NCBI RefSeq assembly: GCF_036971445.1
Contig: NC_091472.1
Span: 111,104,001-111,168,000 of the forward strand
DNA from: Narcine bancroftii
Lineage: Eukaryota
DNA length: 64,000 nucleotides
Direction of reading: 5' to 3'
In this document: one piece after another, positions 26,901 through 39,625 of the stretch
Numbering within the stretch: position 1 is the first letter of the stretch
Layout: each line of letters opens with the position of its first letter
Made by a program: the position numbers and the translations under genes
Notes under the pieces: model-generated
Told to the model about the DNA's origin: nothing
The model's database searches: none
Seen by the model: the letters and a program-made list of their open reading frames with translations, nothing else

Positions 26901-29079
26901 TTTATGTCAGGTGTATTTCAACAGTTAGTTTATAAATTGGGAGCTAAACAAATTATATTGTCTGCATGTCACCCAGAATCTTTGGAGAGGTTCCATTCAA
27001 CTTTAAAAACTGTGATGAAGATTTATTGTCAAGAAAATGCAAAGAATTGGGATGAAGGTGCTCCTTTACTTTTGTTTGCAGTAATTTGGATACGAGGTTA
27101 GAGGACATTTCATGTTGCTAAAAGAACAGTGAGTTTATGAGGATGTGCAGTTGGATTAGGTTTCAAAACTTAAGGGTCGTTTACAGAAGTTCTATAAGGT
27201 AGCTGAGGAGAATTTAAAAATGGGTCAAGACAAAATGAAAGATTGGTATGACAAGAAATCTCATGAGAGAATTTTCAAACTAGGGAATAAAGTGTCAATT
27301 CTTTTTCCCCCACAATTTCTAATCCTCTTACGGCAAAACTTTTAGGGCTATATGAGAGAGAACATAAGGTAAATGAGGTCAATTATGTGGTTAAAACTTC
27401 TGATGAAAGGCATAAGACAGAGTAGTCACGTTAACATGCTAAAACTTTATGTTGAGAATTTGGATGTTAGCCAGAAGTAGCCTTCACCAGAAGTAAAAAT
27501 TTGGATAGAATTGGAAAAGCTAAATCCTTTACAAAGCTAGATTAATTAAAAGGTTACTGGTGTGTTCCTTTAACAGAAAAAAGGAAGGGAAATTTCAGCC
27601 TTTGTAAGCCTATTGGGTTTACATGGATACAATATGTTACCATTTGGAATGATGAATGCTCCAGAAAAATTTCAGAGAATGAAACCCAATATTTAAAATG
27701 TACAGATGAGCTGGTTAAAGAGAATGACACATAGGAAGAACACATCCTTGCAGCAGGTGTTGAATTTATATATTGTTTCTGCCATATTTGTAATATATTG
27801 TTTAAGATTGAAATCTATTAAAAACAAGTGGGGGATTGTAATTTAAAATTTTGACTTTTAAGAAATTCAAAAGTTTCGTCTAAGGAAGGAGACGTATTGG
27901 ATCTGTGTTAATAGTAATATTTAGATTAAGGCTACATTACATTTCTTATAAAGATGTCTTATTAAAGTAAATTATAGATTTAAAAGATTGTACACATTCT
28001 TAGTTAGTTGTGGGCTGATACAGGGTCAGCACATTTACAGATACACCACTGAAATCAGAAAGAATGTTGATTTTCAGAGTCGATGTTACTTGGAAAGACA
28101 GAGCTAATGGATCTGAAGTGGGTGTCAATTATTCAAGAACAATGGAGTGTTTGCTTTATTAAAAACTGAAGTATCTAAGAACTCATTAAGACATGTTGAA
28201 GGAAGCGATCTGTTTTTAAGCCAAACTACTTAAGGCCTCTTGAGGAAGAAAAATGAAACTCAGAGCCATGTGAGCGATATACTTAAGCCTTTGAAACAAA
28301 AATTAGGTCATCTTTGGAGTTGTGTGATCTACAAGCCAGAGGTATGAAAATCACATGGTTTACAAGAACTGGGATTGGCAACTGTTTAAAATTCCAATAA
28401 CTGATCATGTTTTCCAAGAATTAAGACAGATCTCATTGGTGATGTAATTTCACATGATGCTAAGGGTATACAAGGCAGAGGCATCTTTAGCCCAGAAGAA
28501 CCCATAAGAAGAAGGACTAAATTGACAGTATTCCCTGGAGAAAGAGGAGGTGCTGTTTTAAGTAAGCCAGACCACTTCTGACTGTCTCTTTTTGTTATTA
28601 GACGGCAGCCTCATCGTGGAAACAACCTCCAGAACTCTTAGGAAGCTAAGAGGGAGTTGAAGAAGAAATCTCTTCCTAGGGAAATAACTCAACATGATTT
28701 GAGTTTGAAAAGTCTAAGGATTGAACTAGTGTTAACAAAGACTTCATTATTGCTTTAAGCAACAATTTAAAAGAACCTGATGTTTCATAATCACTTGTGA
28801 TCTACAATTTAATAGACCTTTAAGTTCAACAAGACTTTAAAATATTGGGCCTTAAAAATAACTTTTCAGACTCGAGTCTAAACTGAAATAGTTTGGACTT
28901 TAATACATACTCATTTATACAATTCCATTCACACATAGTGGGCGTTAAGTTTAGAGTTAAGTGAACTGTTCTGTTGTTAATAGTTTAATAAAGCTATTAT
29001 TTTGAATTTACCACTGTTTGGTGAATCTTCCATTGCTGTTCCTGTATTACTACTAATAGAGGCCGATTAGTTCGTAGCA
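23974..29079 (+). mobile_element. Decayed Gypsy LTR retrotransposon, Gmr1-like domain order; LTRs 23974-25132 (3'-truncated) and 27893-29079
   Basis: Long direct repeats with a PPT aaggaaggaga before the 3' LTR. Internal remnants: gag coiled coil and YCKKAG knuckle; GNDLAG; integrase QIVLP..YR.EIL, IVDCVGP, IQSDQG.NF, ERFHSTLK; then RT KGYWCVPL and PFGMMNAPENFQR. Confidence 0.85.
24070..24358 (-). mobile_element. Solo LTR inserted in the 5' LTR of the Gmr1-like element
   Basis: tgtagcagc...gccaccaca termini with minus-strand TATAA and AATAAA. Absent from the 3' LTR copy. Approximate TSD gtat/gtag. Confidence 0.8.
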
Positions 29080-29562
29080 CTGAGTTGGACTGTTCTACGT
29101 TAACTTCCAACCACTTATGTCTGCTAAGCATGTTCAGGTGAACATCTTGGTGAAAAGGAACTAACAGTGGTTAATAACATCTGAATTCCAGTGTTTGGAG
29201 TTATTTGGGAATTAAAGCAGAACAACTGAGATGATGGAATTCAAAATTATAAACAGAAAATGCAGAAACTCAGCAGGATGAATTCAGCTTCTGCAGAGGG
29301 AGAAATGGAATTAATGTTCAGTTCTGATGAAAAGTCATCAACTTGTTAAATCCATTTCTTTCTCCACATTGAGTATTTCAGCAATTTCTCTTTGTTGAAA
29401 GCTAGAGGTGTCATCGGTTCGCAAGGTTTGAGGTAAAACCTTCAGCCAATGGCAAGTCAGACATTCTATCCTGTGATTAACACAAGTTCAAGATTGTCAC
29501 GTTGCCCAATCCCAGGACAGGGATAGGATGCAGAGAACAGTCAAATTTGGCTGATTGCTTAC

Positions 29563-29665
29563 CTTTGGATTCAGATCAAAGAAGCTGTAGTACTTGTAAC
29601 GCAGCAACAGCTTATCTTCCTCCTGGATGCCTTGTTCCATCAGTGAACGTGATGAATCGAGCCAT
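29563..29665 (-). CDS. FERMT1: Kindlin-1 coding exon (exon 6 equivalent)
   Basis: 103 bp, ccag|A...AAG|gtaag. Encodes [34 protein letters not shown]. The phase completes the GG|A glycine codon from the previous exon. Confidence 0.96.
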
Positions 29666-29769
29666 CTGGAGAGACAAAACAAAAAGCAGATCCAGAAAGA
29701 AATGATCACAGATCTAACATTTTTTGCTCTTTGAACTTGTGTTTTCTTTCACTGAGAGTGATACAATCA

Positions 29770-30440
29770 GCCAAACCCCCTTGGCTGGCATTTCTCTCTT
29801 TTCTCCCAGACATCAACCACAGTCTGCTCATTGACTTTTTGACATGTAACATTTCTGAAGGAGGGACAGAGCTGATTCTCCCACACCTCATCAACAGTAA
29901 TGAGGTGGGGATAGTAGACAGATTTAAGCTGAGGAGTAAATACCTCCACTGACCTGTCCTGCTCCACCCACATTGATGCAATGGTCAAGGAAGTACATCG
30001 GCACCTTGACTACCTGAGGAAATGTAGGTTGTCTCGTCCCTTCCTTGACTTCTACAGATGCACCATTGGAAAGAATCCTGTCAGGGTGCATCACTGGGTA
30101 GCTTACGCTATCACCCTCCCCATCCCCCATGCTCAACTCCCACTGACTTGAAAAAAGCAGCAAATATACCTCCCTGGCCACACTCTCTTAACCAATACCC
30201 CCACCCTGCCACTGCACCTGTCAGGGAGAAGATTCACGAATGTGAGATTACACTCCACCAGTTTAAGTCTAGTTTCTTTCTCACCCTTATAAGACACTTG
30301 AACGAAGCCTAAAAATAGTGAAACCATGTTGTTTTTGCTCTGTACTTTGCTCTGTAACTCTGCACTGTGTATGAGATGTCTTGCTGATCTGCTCGCAAAA
30401 CAAACTCTATCGCTGCATCTTCATATATGTGAGCTTGGAA
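29770..30440 (+). mobile_element. Rex1/Babar LINE fragment
   Basis: LINSNEVGIVDRFKL, FYRCTI..ILSGCIT and FKSSFFLTLIRHLN. Confidence 0.7.
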
Positions 30441-30870
30441 ATGGCAAAGATGCAAAACAAACTAGATTCATCTCAGTTCCCATCATGCCAATTCAGTTTT
30501 CCTTTTACGTTTTGGTATCTTCTATTTAAAGGTGTACATTTTTCGACAGGGAGCTTGCATCTACATAGATCTTCAAGTTAGAATTTTTGCAATTTATTTT
30601 CAATGCATTGTAATAAAACTTGTTACAATAACTACAACTGCACATCAGATCTCAACCCAGGGGGGCAGTTTGCACAATCTGACCAAAGATGCCATAATAT
30701 GTGGCCCTACATTTTCTGCAGGCTTTCCTAATGCTCACTGTGCTCACAGAGTATTTGGAAGTAAATAACAAAATTCTGTAGACACGTTGGTTGAAGTAAA
30801 ACACAAAATGCTGGAGAAACTCTGCAGGTCAAACAGAGTCCTTTATCTAGCAAAGGCAAAGATACATAAC

Positions 30871-30900
30871 AGATGTTTCGGGCTTGAGCCCTTCATCAAA
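30871..30900 (-). ncRNA. Degenerate minimal hammerhead-ribozyme-like core in a Penelope pLTR
   Basis: Minus strand TTGATGA-A-GGGC-TCAA-GCCC-GAAA-CATC resembles CUGANGA-stemII-GAAA-..UH, with C3>U. Inverted partner at 33626-33653. Confidence 0.5.
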
Positions 30901-31658
30901 GCATGAGCACGTCCGAACAAAAGAGTTTGGGGGGGGGGGGGTGGCAAAGCAGGAGATTATAGGTGGGGAAAGGAGGGAGGGGACAGCAGCAATGAGGGGG
31001 AAGGTAGGGCTGTGTGGGTGAAAGAACTGGAAGGACAGGAAAAGGTGGGAGGGGAAAGAAAAGGCAAGCAGTTTAATGGAAAGCAGTAAAGTCAATGTTC
31101 TTGACATGTGGCTGGAGGGTGCCCAGACTGAAAATAAAGTGTTGTTCCTCCAATCTGCAGGTGGTCAGGGTGGGACAGCTCATAAGGCCATGGGCAGACA
31201 TGTGAGCACAGAAGTGCGACTCAGAATTGAAGTGGTTGACCATTGGGAGATCGCTGTGGTTGCAAGCAGAGCGGAGGTGCTGAGTGAAGCGAACTCCCAG
31301 TCTGCTATTGGTCTCTCCGATGTAGAGAATGCCACAAAGGGTGCTCCAGATGCAATAAATAAGTCCTCTAGATTGTACAAGTGAAGTGTTGGTTTACATG
31401 AAAGGCGTGTTTGGCGCCCTAGACCCTGATGAGTTAGGAGGTGTAGGCGCAGTGTTGAACCTCTAGCACTGTGATGGGTGGGGAGGGATAAGTGCATGAG
31501 GGAATCACAGAGGAAGTGGTCCTTGTGGAAGATGGGAAAAGAGGGGAAAAATGCATCATCCACTTCACATCTAACTTCCACCCCAATCTCAAATTCACCT
31601 GGTCCATCTCCGATAACACTCTCCTCTTCCTGGATCTCTCTGTTTCTATCTTGGGAGA

Positions 31659-31889
31659 TGTAGAGCACGTTGAAAGAACCAAAGACTTGTTGATGCAAAC
31701 CAAGGCTTTTATTAACTAAAAGACTGGAGCATATCTCAAGTAGGTTGACCAGTCCAGAATGACCTGGTCTGGCTAGGACCAATCCTTTAAGATCTACCAG
31801 TAGGTGTGGCTATGCTCTCAGCCAATCACAGTCATCCTACACTACAATTTGTACATATACACATTGGTGATAGAATCTGTACTATCACA
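31659..31889 (-). mobile_element. Solo LTR inserted in the Penelope RT
   Basis: TG...CA termini and a perfect 5-bp TSD ggaga (31654-31658, 31890-31894). Confidence 0.9.
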
Positions 31890-34800
31890 GGAGACAAGCT
31901 TTCCACCGACATATACTACAAACCCTCCAACTCCCACAACTACTTGGACAACACTTCCTCACACCCTGTCCCCCTACAAGGATTCCATCCACTTCTCTCA
32001 TTTTCTCTGTCTCTACTGAGGTCTTCCAGTCCAGAACTTCCAAAATGTCTGCCTTCTTCCACAAACATGGCTTCCCCTCCACCTCCATCATCTTAGCCCT
32101 CATGCACATCTCCTCCATCTCCCGCTCATGTGCCCTGACCCCCTCTGCCCCCACCCACAACAAACATAGAATCCCCCTCATCTTCACCTACCACCCACCA
32201 GTCTCCACATCCAACACATTATCCCCTGGAATTTCTGGTACTTACTACAGAATCCCATCAGCAGACACATTTTTCCATCTCCTCCCCTCTTGGCCTTCCA
32301 TAGCATCTGCTCCCTCCGCGACTCCTTTGTGCACTCATCCCTCCTCAACCATCGAACCCCCGGCACCTTCCCCTGTGCCTGCAGGTATTACACTTGCACC
32401 CACACTTCCTCCCACACCATTGTCTGGAGCCCAAATCAGGCCTTTCACGTGAAGCAACACTTCACTTGTCTATCCACAGGACTTATTTACAGTATCCAGA
32501 GCATCCTTTGTGGCAACCTCTACATCAGGGAGACTGGTTGCAGACAAGGAGATCACTGCTGAGCACATTTGCTCTGTTTACAACTACAGCAACCTCCCAG
32601 TGGCCAACCATTTCAATTCTGGGTCACAGTCTCAGACTCACATGTCTGTCCATAGCCTTATGCACTATCCCACCCTAACCACCTGCAGATTGGAGGAGGA
32701 ACACTTTATTTTCTGTTTGGGCACCCTCCAGCCACATGGCATTAACACTAGGCCATTTCACATCAGCCCTTTGCCTGGAGGTTGACTACAAGAACGGATC
32801 AAAAACTTAAAATTTACCTTTCAGGTAGCAGCCTTAAAAGGCAGGTCCAGTGTCCCATTAATATCCAGAGGTTGCTCATCGTGCCCTCTGGAGCCGATAG
32901 GGGTGGGGATGACCCGTCATAAATACGCGGTAGAGCAATGGCCATCTTCCCTACCCATAATTCCCCACACAGCTAGAACCATTCTCTGTTTCCAGAACAG
33001 TTCCAGCTGCATGGGGAATTATAGATAGGGAAGACGGCCATTACTCTGCCATGTTTTGAGCCGCAGAGAGCTGCCTGGTGAGGCTGTCATAGCCCAAACT
33101 GGCCACCCCATGATGGCTCCTGCCGGCCCTGTCTGCTCCCACTGGCCCCTGACAGCCCCCGCTGCCTGACTATTCCTGTCCGCTGCCCCTGCCTTGAAGG
33201 CGTCATGGAGAGAGGGGTGAGTGGGGAGATGGGTCACGGGCTGACAGCATCATCAGCCCACCCCTAACTAGCCCCTTGCAGTGGCTGTACATTCAGGTCA
33301 TGCAGCAGAACATAGTGCTCCACCGATTATCCTTCCCCAAGAAAGGTTGGAATCTGCACCTCGGAGCCAGCCACGGTGCATTCAGAGAGGTGTCATTAGG
33401 CGTAAAGGCGAAGAACCTCCGCCTTTACAGACGGATGTTTTCCCTGCTTGAAAGTGCCGATTGACTTTATTGCTTTCCATTGAACCTGCTCACCTTTTCT
33501 TCCCCCTCTCCTTTTGCTGCTATCCCCTCCCTTCTTTCTCCACCCATCATCTCCTGCCTTGCCACCTCCCCCCACCTTCCCCTTTCTACTCCTTTGCCTG
33601 GACACTTGCTGGCATTTTCTCCTACTTTGATGAAGGGCTCAAGCCCAAAACGCCAGTTATGTATCTTTGCCTTTGCTACATAAGGACACTGTCTGACCTG
33701 CTGAACTTCTCCAGCAGAGTGCTTTAGAGGTTAGTAATCTCATGTGCAGCACCCCTCTAAAAATGGACACACTTAAGAGGCATCAATCAATTTAGGGTGG
33801 AGGCTATAAAATATTGCACAGAATCACCTAAAATGTTGCAGCAAAGAATTAGGCTATTTACCCAAGCTGTCATTGCTGGCTTTCGTGCCTCTCATTCTTC
33901 CTGATATCATCAGGAGGACAATCCTTTCTTATCCCGCCTGCCCCATTGGATTCATCTCCATCTCGTAAATTCTGGGAACTTGCATTGAATTCTCTATTAT
34001 TTACACAATAAAGGTACACTTTGCTGTTCAGGCCTGCCCCACCATTCAATGTGATTATCACTGTTCTGCCTCAGGCTACATATCTTCTTCTCTGTCAGTA
34101 TTCCATTAACCATCAACCAACCCCCCTCCCCTTACCCTACTCTAAACACTATACTTTGAATGAGCTCACCTCCACAGCTCCTGCGCTTCACCGCCTGCTG
34201 TGAAAATAAGTTTCCACACATTTTTCTTGAAAGCAGCCCCTCACTCGAGACTCCCATTGTAAAAAAAATCTCAACACCAGATAAAAATACATATTTAGTT
34301 CCTTGGCAATCACTACATTAATGTCCTTTCATATTTTCTGTGAGTGATTAATATGCATATTAAACATCAAGTGTTTCCTGGCTCCCAGAACAATCCCATC
34401 AATCTGATTTATGTGTCTGTAATCTACAGTGTGACATGTCAGCTTGCAACTCTGGACTGGAGGGGCTGTGGACTTCAAGGTTTTTATAAAAAAAAAATCA
34501 TACAGCATGGTAACAGGCCCTTCCAGCCCACGTGCCCAAAATTACACCAATGAACCTACAAACCCTGAACATTTTGGAGCACCCGGGGGAAACCCACACG
34601 GATATGGGGAGAACGTACAAACTCCTTACAGACAGTGGCAGACTCCGACCTGGGTTGATTGAGCTGTAATAGTGTTGTGCTAACTGCTGAGCTAACCATG
34701 CTTACGTTCAGAAGTTCGATACACTTGACCCTGAAGTACAAGCCCCCTTGAGCCCACAAAGTATCCCAGATTGTGCTGTGGCAAAAACCAATGTCTAAAT

Positions 34801-35509
34801 GGAACTGTATACCCCCGTCAGCTCACAAATGTGCCAACCTAAATAAATCCTAATCTTTCCCAACCTCACAGTTCATAACTCTCCATTTCCCTTACGTCCA
34901 TGTGCCAGTCTCAGTGCCCATATTGTACCAGCCCCCACCACCACCTCCAGCAATGCAGGCAAACACCTAGCACTCTGTGTAAAAAAAAAGGTTTCTGACA
35001 TCAGGACATGATTTCCACAATTTCTAGCTCTACAGTCATTGCATGCACATCCTGCAGGTCTCACTCCAGTTCAAGCACAACAGGCAGCTGTCGGATTACC
35101 AGGGCTCCCTTAAAGAAGTTCACTTAATAGGCTCTCTTCCAGATGCCTCACCAGAGCAATTTCCAAGTGCCCCATTCTGCCCACCCTTCCTCCTCTTAAA
35201 CTTTGCATTGGGTTCTGGCAACTCCTCTGGTAGCGTGCTCCAGGTGTCAAGCCTAGAGTTAAACAAGGTGCTGGAGTCAAGTGCAATACACAAATGTGCC
35301 AGTGAAGCTCAGCAGATCAAAAGGTCAGCGATGTTTCAGGCCTGAGCACTTTGACGGAAATGTGGAAAAGCAGGTGGAGGACGATAAAAAGGGGAAGGAG
35401 GACGGAGGAGGAGAGAGGAATGGGGAGGAGTACAGGCTGACAGGTAAAGGTAATATGTTCGTACAGGTGGGAGGGTCGAAAAGAAAGATGTCAATCAATC
35501 TGTGTAAAA

Positions 35510-38500
35510 CAGGGATGACCAACCTATGGTGCATGTGCCAAAAGTGGTGCATTGGATGATAAGAAGTGGTGCAATGCACCAAGTGAAAATAATAAAAAGG
35601 TAAGACTACTCATGCAAAAAGTATTAACGGTTAATACTTTGTAATATATGGGATACTGTAGCGGCTGCTACCGGCAGCGCTACTGAAATGAAGTACGACC
35701 ACACAACACGAGTGAACCAGTAACTGAACTTTATTTGAATCTCCCACGATGCTTTAAGGGGACAACCCACTTCCTGGTCTAAGGGAGTGATGACAGCGGG
35801 TTGCGGAGTCACTGCCTGCCCAGTGATGCACAAACAGGAAGTGGCAACATCTCCTATGCGATGTGTGTCACCAAATGCAGGCTTTTCCCGAGAAGGGAAA
35901 GGGGGCCCGCACCATCTTGTACCAACTGACCGGGGTGGCAATTCGGCCCATCTAATTGCACTGTCTCTCAGCCAGCTACACCACCCCTCCCCCAGAATCG
36001 CTGCCACCCTTTGAGCAAGTTACACTACAGTCTTTAGGCGGGTGGCCTCGGTGTCTGACCTAGGGTGCCAGGATGAGGCAGGCCTGAGTTCAGATGTGCT
36101 GCCTGAGGTGATCAATCTTAAACATGTCCTGCCGCCCACCAATATCCAGAGTGAAAATGACACCATTGCTCTGTAACACCTTGAATGGGCCTCCATAGGG
36201 GCATTGCAGGGATGTTCCTTGTCGTCCACTGCGAACGAAAACAAAGTTGGTGGACTGCAGCAAGGACGTGGCAGGGTAAAGAGCCATGTTTGGAAGGTGG
36301 CGGTGGTTTCGGCTTACCTATTTGTTCCCTCAAGGTCTAAGGATCATTGTGGATCGGGAGGGTTGAAGTGGATGTCCCTGGGATGGTAGGTGGGGAGCCA
36401 TTCACTATCTCAGCAGACGACACTGGCAGGTCTTTTTTTGGTGCTGTGCGAATTCCTAACAACACCCATGGGAGTTTGTCCATCCAATTCAGGCCTTGTA
36501 GTCAAGCTTTCAGGGCTGCTTTCAGGTGGCAGTGGAAACGTTCGATGAGGCTGTTTGCCTGAGAATGGTAGGCTGTGGTGTGGGGTAACTGGCCACCGCA
36601 GAACTTGGCTAGGTTGGACCAGAGCTAGGATGTGAACTGGGCCCCTCAGTCCAAGGTGATGTGGGTCAGGACTCCAAAGCGTGCGACCCAAGTGGACAAG
36701 AAAGCTCTGGTGCAAGTGGGCAGGGGTATGGCTTCCGGCCAACAGGTAAAACGGTCAACTATTGTGAATCAATACCGCCTACCTTGGCTCACATGGAATG
36801 GGCCGACAACGTCCACGTGTACGTGGTCAAACTGGCGTTGCACCAGAGTGAAGCTCTGGAGTGAGGCCTTGGTGTGTCTGTGCATTGGCAGTCCAAGCAA
36901 GTCTCAGCCCACAGTGTTACATCACGGCGGAGCCCATGCCACATGAACTTGTTGGACAGCAGGCGGACCATTGGCCTTACTGAAGGAAGTGACAGGCCAT
37001 CAATTTGGTTGTCAGGTCGCAGGTAGGATGGGTCTGGGAAAGTCTGTGGACATGTCACACAATAAAGTCGGGCTCCCTGGTGAAGGACAGAAATCGCTAA
37101 CCTTCAGGCTGGTAATGGCGGTTCGGTAGGCCTGGTCGTCCACATCCTCCGCCTGGTCTTTGGCCAGTTGAGCAACATTGAGTCCTCCTGAGGTGGCGGA
37201 GATGGCTGGTCTGTACAGAGCGCCAGCCACCATGTTGGATTTGCTTGCGACGTGGCAAATGTCTGTTGTATTCTAGGAAATGTTAGTGAGGAGTTATTGT
37301 TGCCTCACCGACCACATGCCTGAGACCTTGCTGAGTGCATGGATGAGTGGTTTGTGGTCTGTGTAGGTTAGAAAAACCCTTCCTTCTAACCTGTACTGGA
37401 AATGTCGTATTGCGAGGTACAGGGCCAACAGTTCGCAGTCGAACGCACTGTGCTTGAGTTTTGGTGTCTGGAAATGTTTGCTGAAGAAAGCCGGAGGGGC
37501 GCCACTGTTCATCGGCCCACTGCTCAAGTACTGCACTGACTGCTCTGTCTGATGCATCTGTTGTAAGGGCCAGGGGGGAGGAAGAGTCAGGATGAGCCAA
37601 AGATGTGGCCTCCGCTAATGTTGCTTTGGTTGTCTGGAATCCTTCGATGGTTTTGTATGTCCACTGGAGCACCTTGTTGCCAAGTCTGATGAGGTCGAAT
37701 AGGGGTTACATGACAGTGGCTGCTCCCAGGAGGAAAATGATGATAAAAGTTCACCATCCCAAGGAATTCCTGTAGGCCTTTGATGGTGCTCGGCCTGGGG
37801 GAAATCGCTAGATGGCTTCTATCTTATCCGGCAGCAGCTTGGCACCCTCGCGGGTGATATGGTGTCCAAGGAAAACAAGGCTGAATTGGTACTTAGCTGG
37901 GCTTCGCCCTGAGTCTGAACTCCTGCAATCTGTCGAAAAGGTGAGTCAGGTGCATACTGTGTATGCTGGCATCAGGGCTGGCGATGAGGATGTCATCCAG
38001 ACAGATGAGGATGAAATAGAGGTCCCTGCCAACCACATCCATGAGGCGCTGAAACATCTGGGCTGGGCTCTTGAATCCAAAAGGCAGCTGGAAGAACTCG
38101 TAAAGACAGAAAGGTGTAATAATGGCCATTTTCGGGACGCCGTTAGGATGCACTGGAATCTGATGGTACTCTCTTGACGAGGTTAAAAAATCCGTCAGCC
38201 CTGGAGCCGCGTAGCAAAGTCTTGGACTTGTGGAATGGGGTATCTATCTATGACTGTGACATCATTGAGTCACCACATGGACACCAACCATGAGAGTTCC
38301 TCTGGACCACAAGCATCAGGGACACCCAGTGGTTGTTTGAACGAAGGACAATAGCCAACTCCTCCATTGCAGAAAATGTAGTCTTGGCTTGGAAGAGTTT
38401 GTCCTGCGTAAGGTGCTGTGACTGTGTGTACACTGGTGGTCCAGTGGTTTCCATGTGGTGCTCCACACCATGTGCTGGTTTAGCGTCGTGGAAATTGGGT

Positions 38501-39625
38501 ACCAACAGTGACGGATACTTGGCCAGTAAAAGGGCATATTCATTGTGATCTAGAGCATGGATGCCCAAAGGCAAAAAGGAACATTGCCATAGTACGAGGG
38601 GGTATGACTGGAACATGGTAGCATTGACCAAGCGACATCTGTTCATGTCTTCCAGGAGCTAGTGTGACCGGAGGAAATTGGCTCCGAGTAGGGCTTTCCC
38701 AGTGGTCTCAATCGTACATTCCAATGGAAAACAGTTCTCGTGGCATGGATTGTGACCAGACGGGTACCAAAGCTTGGAATGGAGGAACCATTGGCTGCCT
38801 GTAGGAAGAGGCCCTTGGGATTATACTTGAGCTTGAAGAACGTCATCGGGATGAGGCTTATCTGTGCACCCATGTCGACTAGGAAATCCCTCCTTGTCTG
38901 CGGGTCCATTAAATAGAATACTTCTTTATGTGTGCGAACTGCCAAGGCCACTATCGGCGGATGGCTGGTTCGTTTCCTGTCGCTGGTCTCAACTTGGCAT
39001 TGGGGAGCGAGCATAAAGGGACGCACCACCCGGCGTTGTGGCCCCATCTGTGTGGGAGAAACTGTAATCATTCCAATTGTCTGAGCACTTGCTGCATTGC
39101 AGTTTGGCTCCGGCTACTGCTGGCAGAACCACAAATGTAGGCTTCTCCTGAGAAGGGAAGGGGGGTCCACAGAATCTTGTACCAACTGACCGGGGTGCCA
39201 ATTTGGCCCGTCTTACTGCGCAGTTGCTCGGTCCGCCTCAATAATGTAGTGCAACTGTAAATGTTTTATTTGTAAGTAGGGATGAGTGTGGGGACAGACA
39301 CGGGAATGTGGGGAGAGAGCAGGGCAGTGGGATCAGTGTGAGGACTGACATAGAGCTGTGGAATTAGTTGGGATTGATACAGGACTGTGGGGAGAGAGCG
39401 GGGCAGTTGGATCAGTTTGTGTATACAGTATACAATTTCTGAGAGCAAGTGATTGTTTTTTCTAAATTGCTGTGGACTTGCTCGCGGTAACTGATTATGG
39501 GACCACGGACATGTATGCAGTTGAATGATGCCTAAACAGATGTTAAGTGACACATACTTGTACATGCATCTGAACTAGGGCGTGAAAAAACTGATGCACG
39601 GAATATAAAAGGTTGGCCACCCCTG
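35510..39625. mobile_element. hAT-type non-autonomous element interrupted by a Gypsy insertion
   Basis: TIRs cagggatgaccaacct / aggttggccacccctg and an 8-bp TSD gtgtaaaa / gagtaaaa (7/8 match). Confidence 0.7.
35657..39240 (-). mobile_element. Decayed Gypsy/Ty3 LTR retrotransposon; 3' LTR 35657-35980, partial 5' LTR ~39130-39240
   Basis: Standard PR-RT-RH-IN order: protease FLVDMGAQISLIP; RT TPFCLYEFFQLPFGFKSPAQMFQR and CLDDILIAS; RNase H TTDAS..ELLALYLAIRHF; integrase HVDVVGP and PYGGPFKV. PPT ggggaggggtgg next to the LTR. Confidence 0.9.

Larger units (their letters stand above)
30770..33725. mobile_element. Penelope-like element with inverted arrangement: minus arm ~30770-31552, plus arm ~31555-33725
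   Basis: FHPNLKFTWSIS, LSTDIYYKPSNSHNYLD and GIY-YIG FTCLSTGLIYSI..C..LYIRETG. The ends 30800-30900 and 33625-33720 are reverse complements. Confidence 0.85.
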
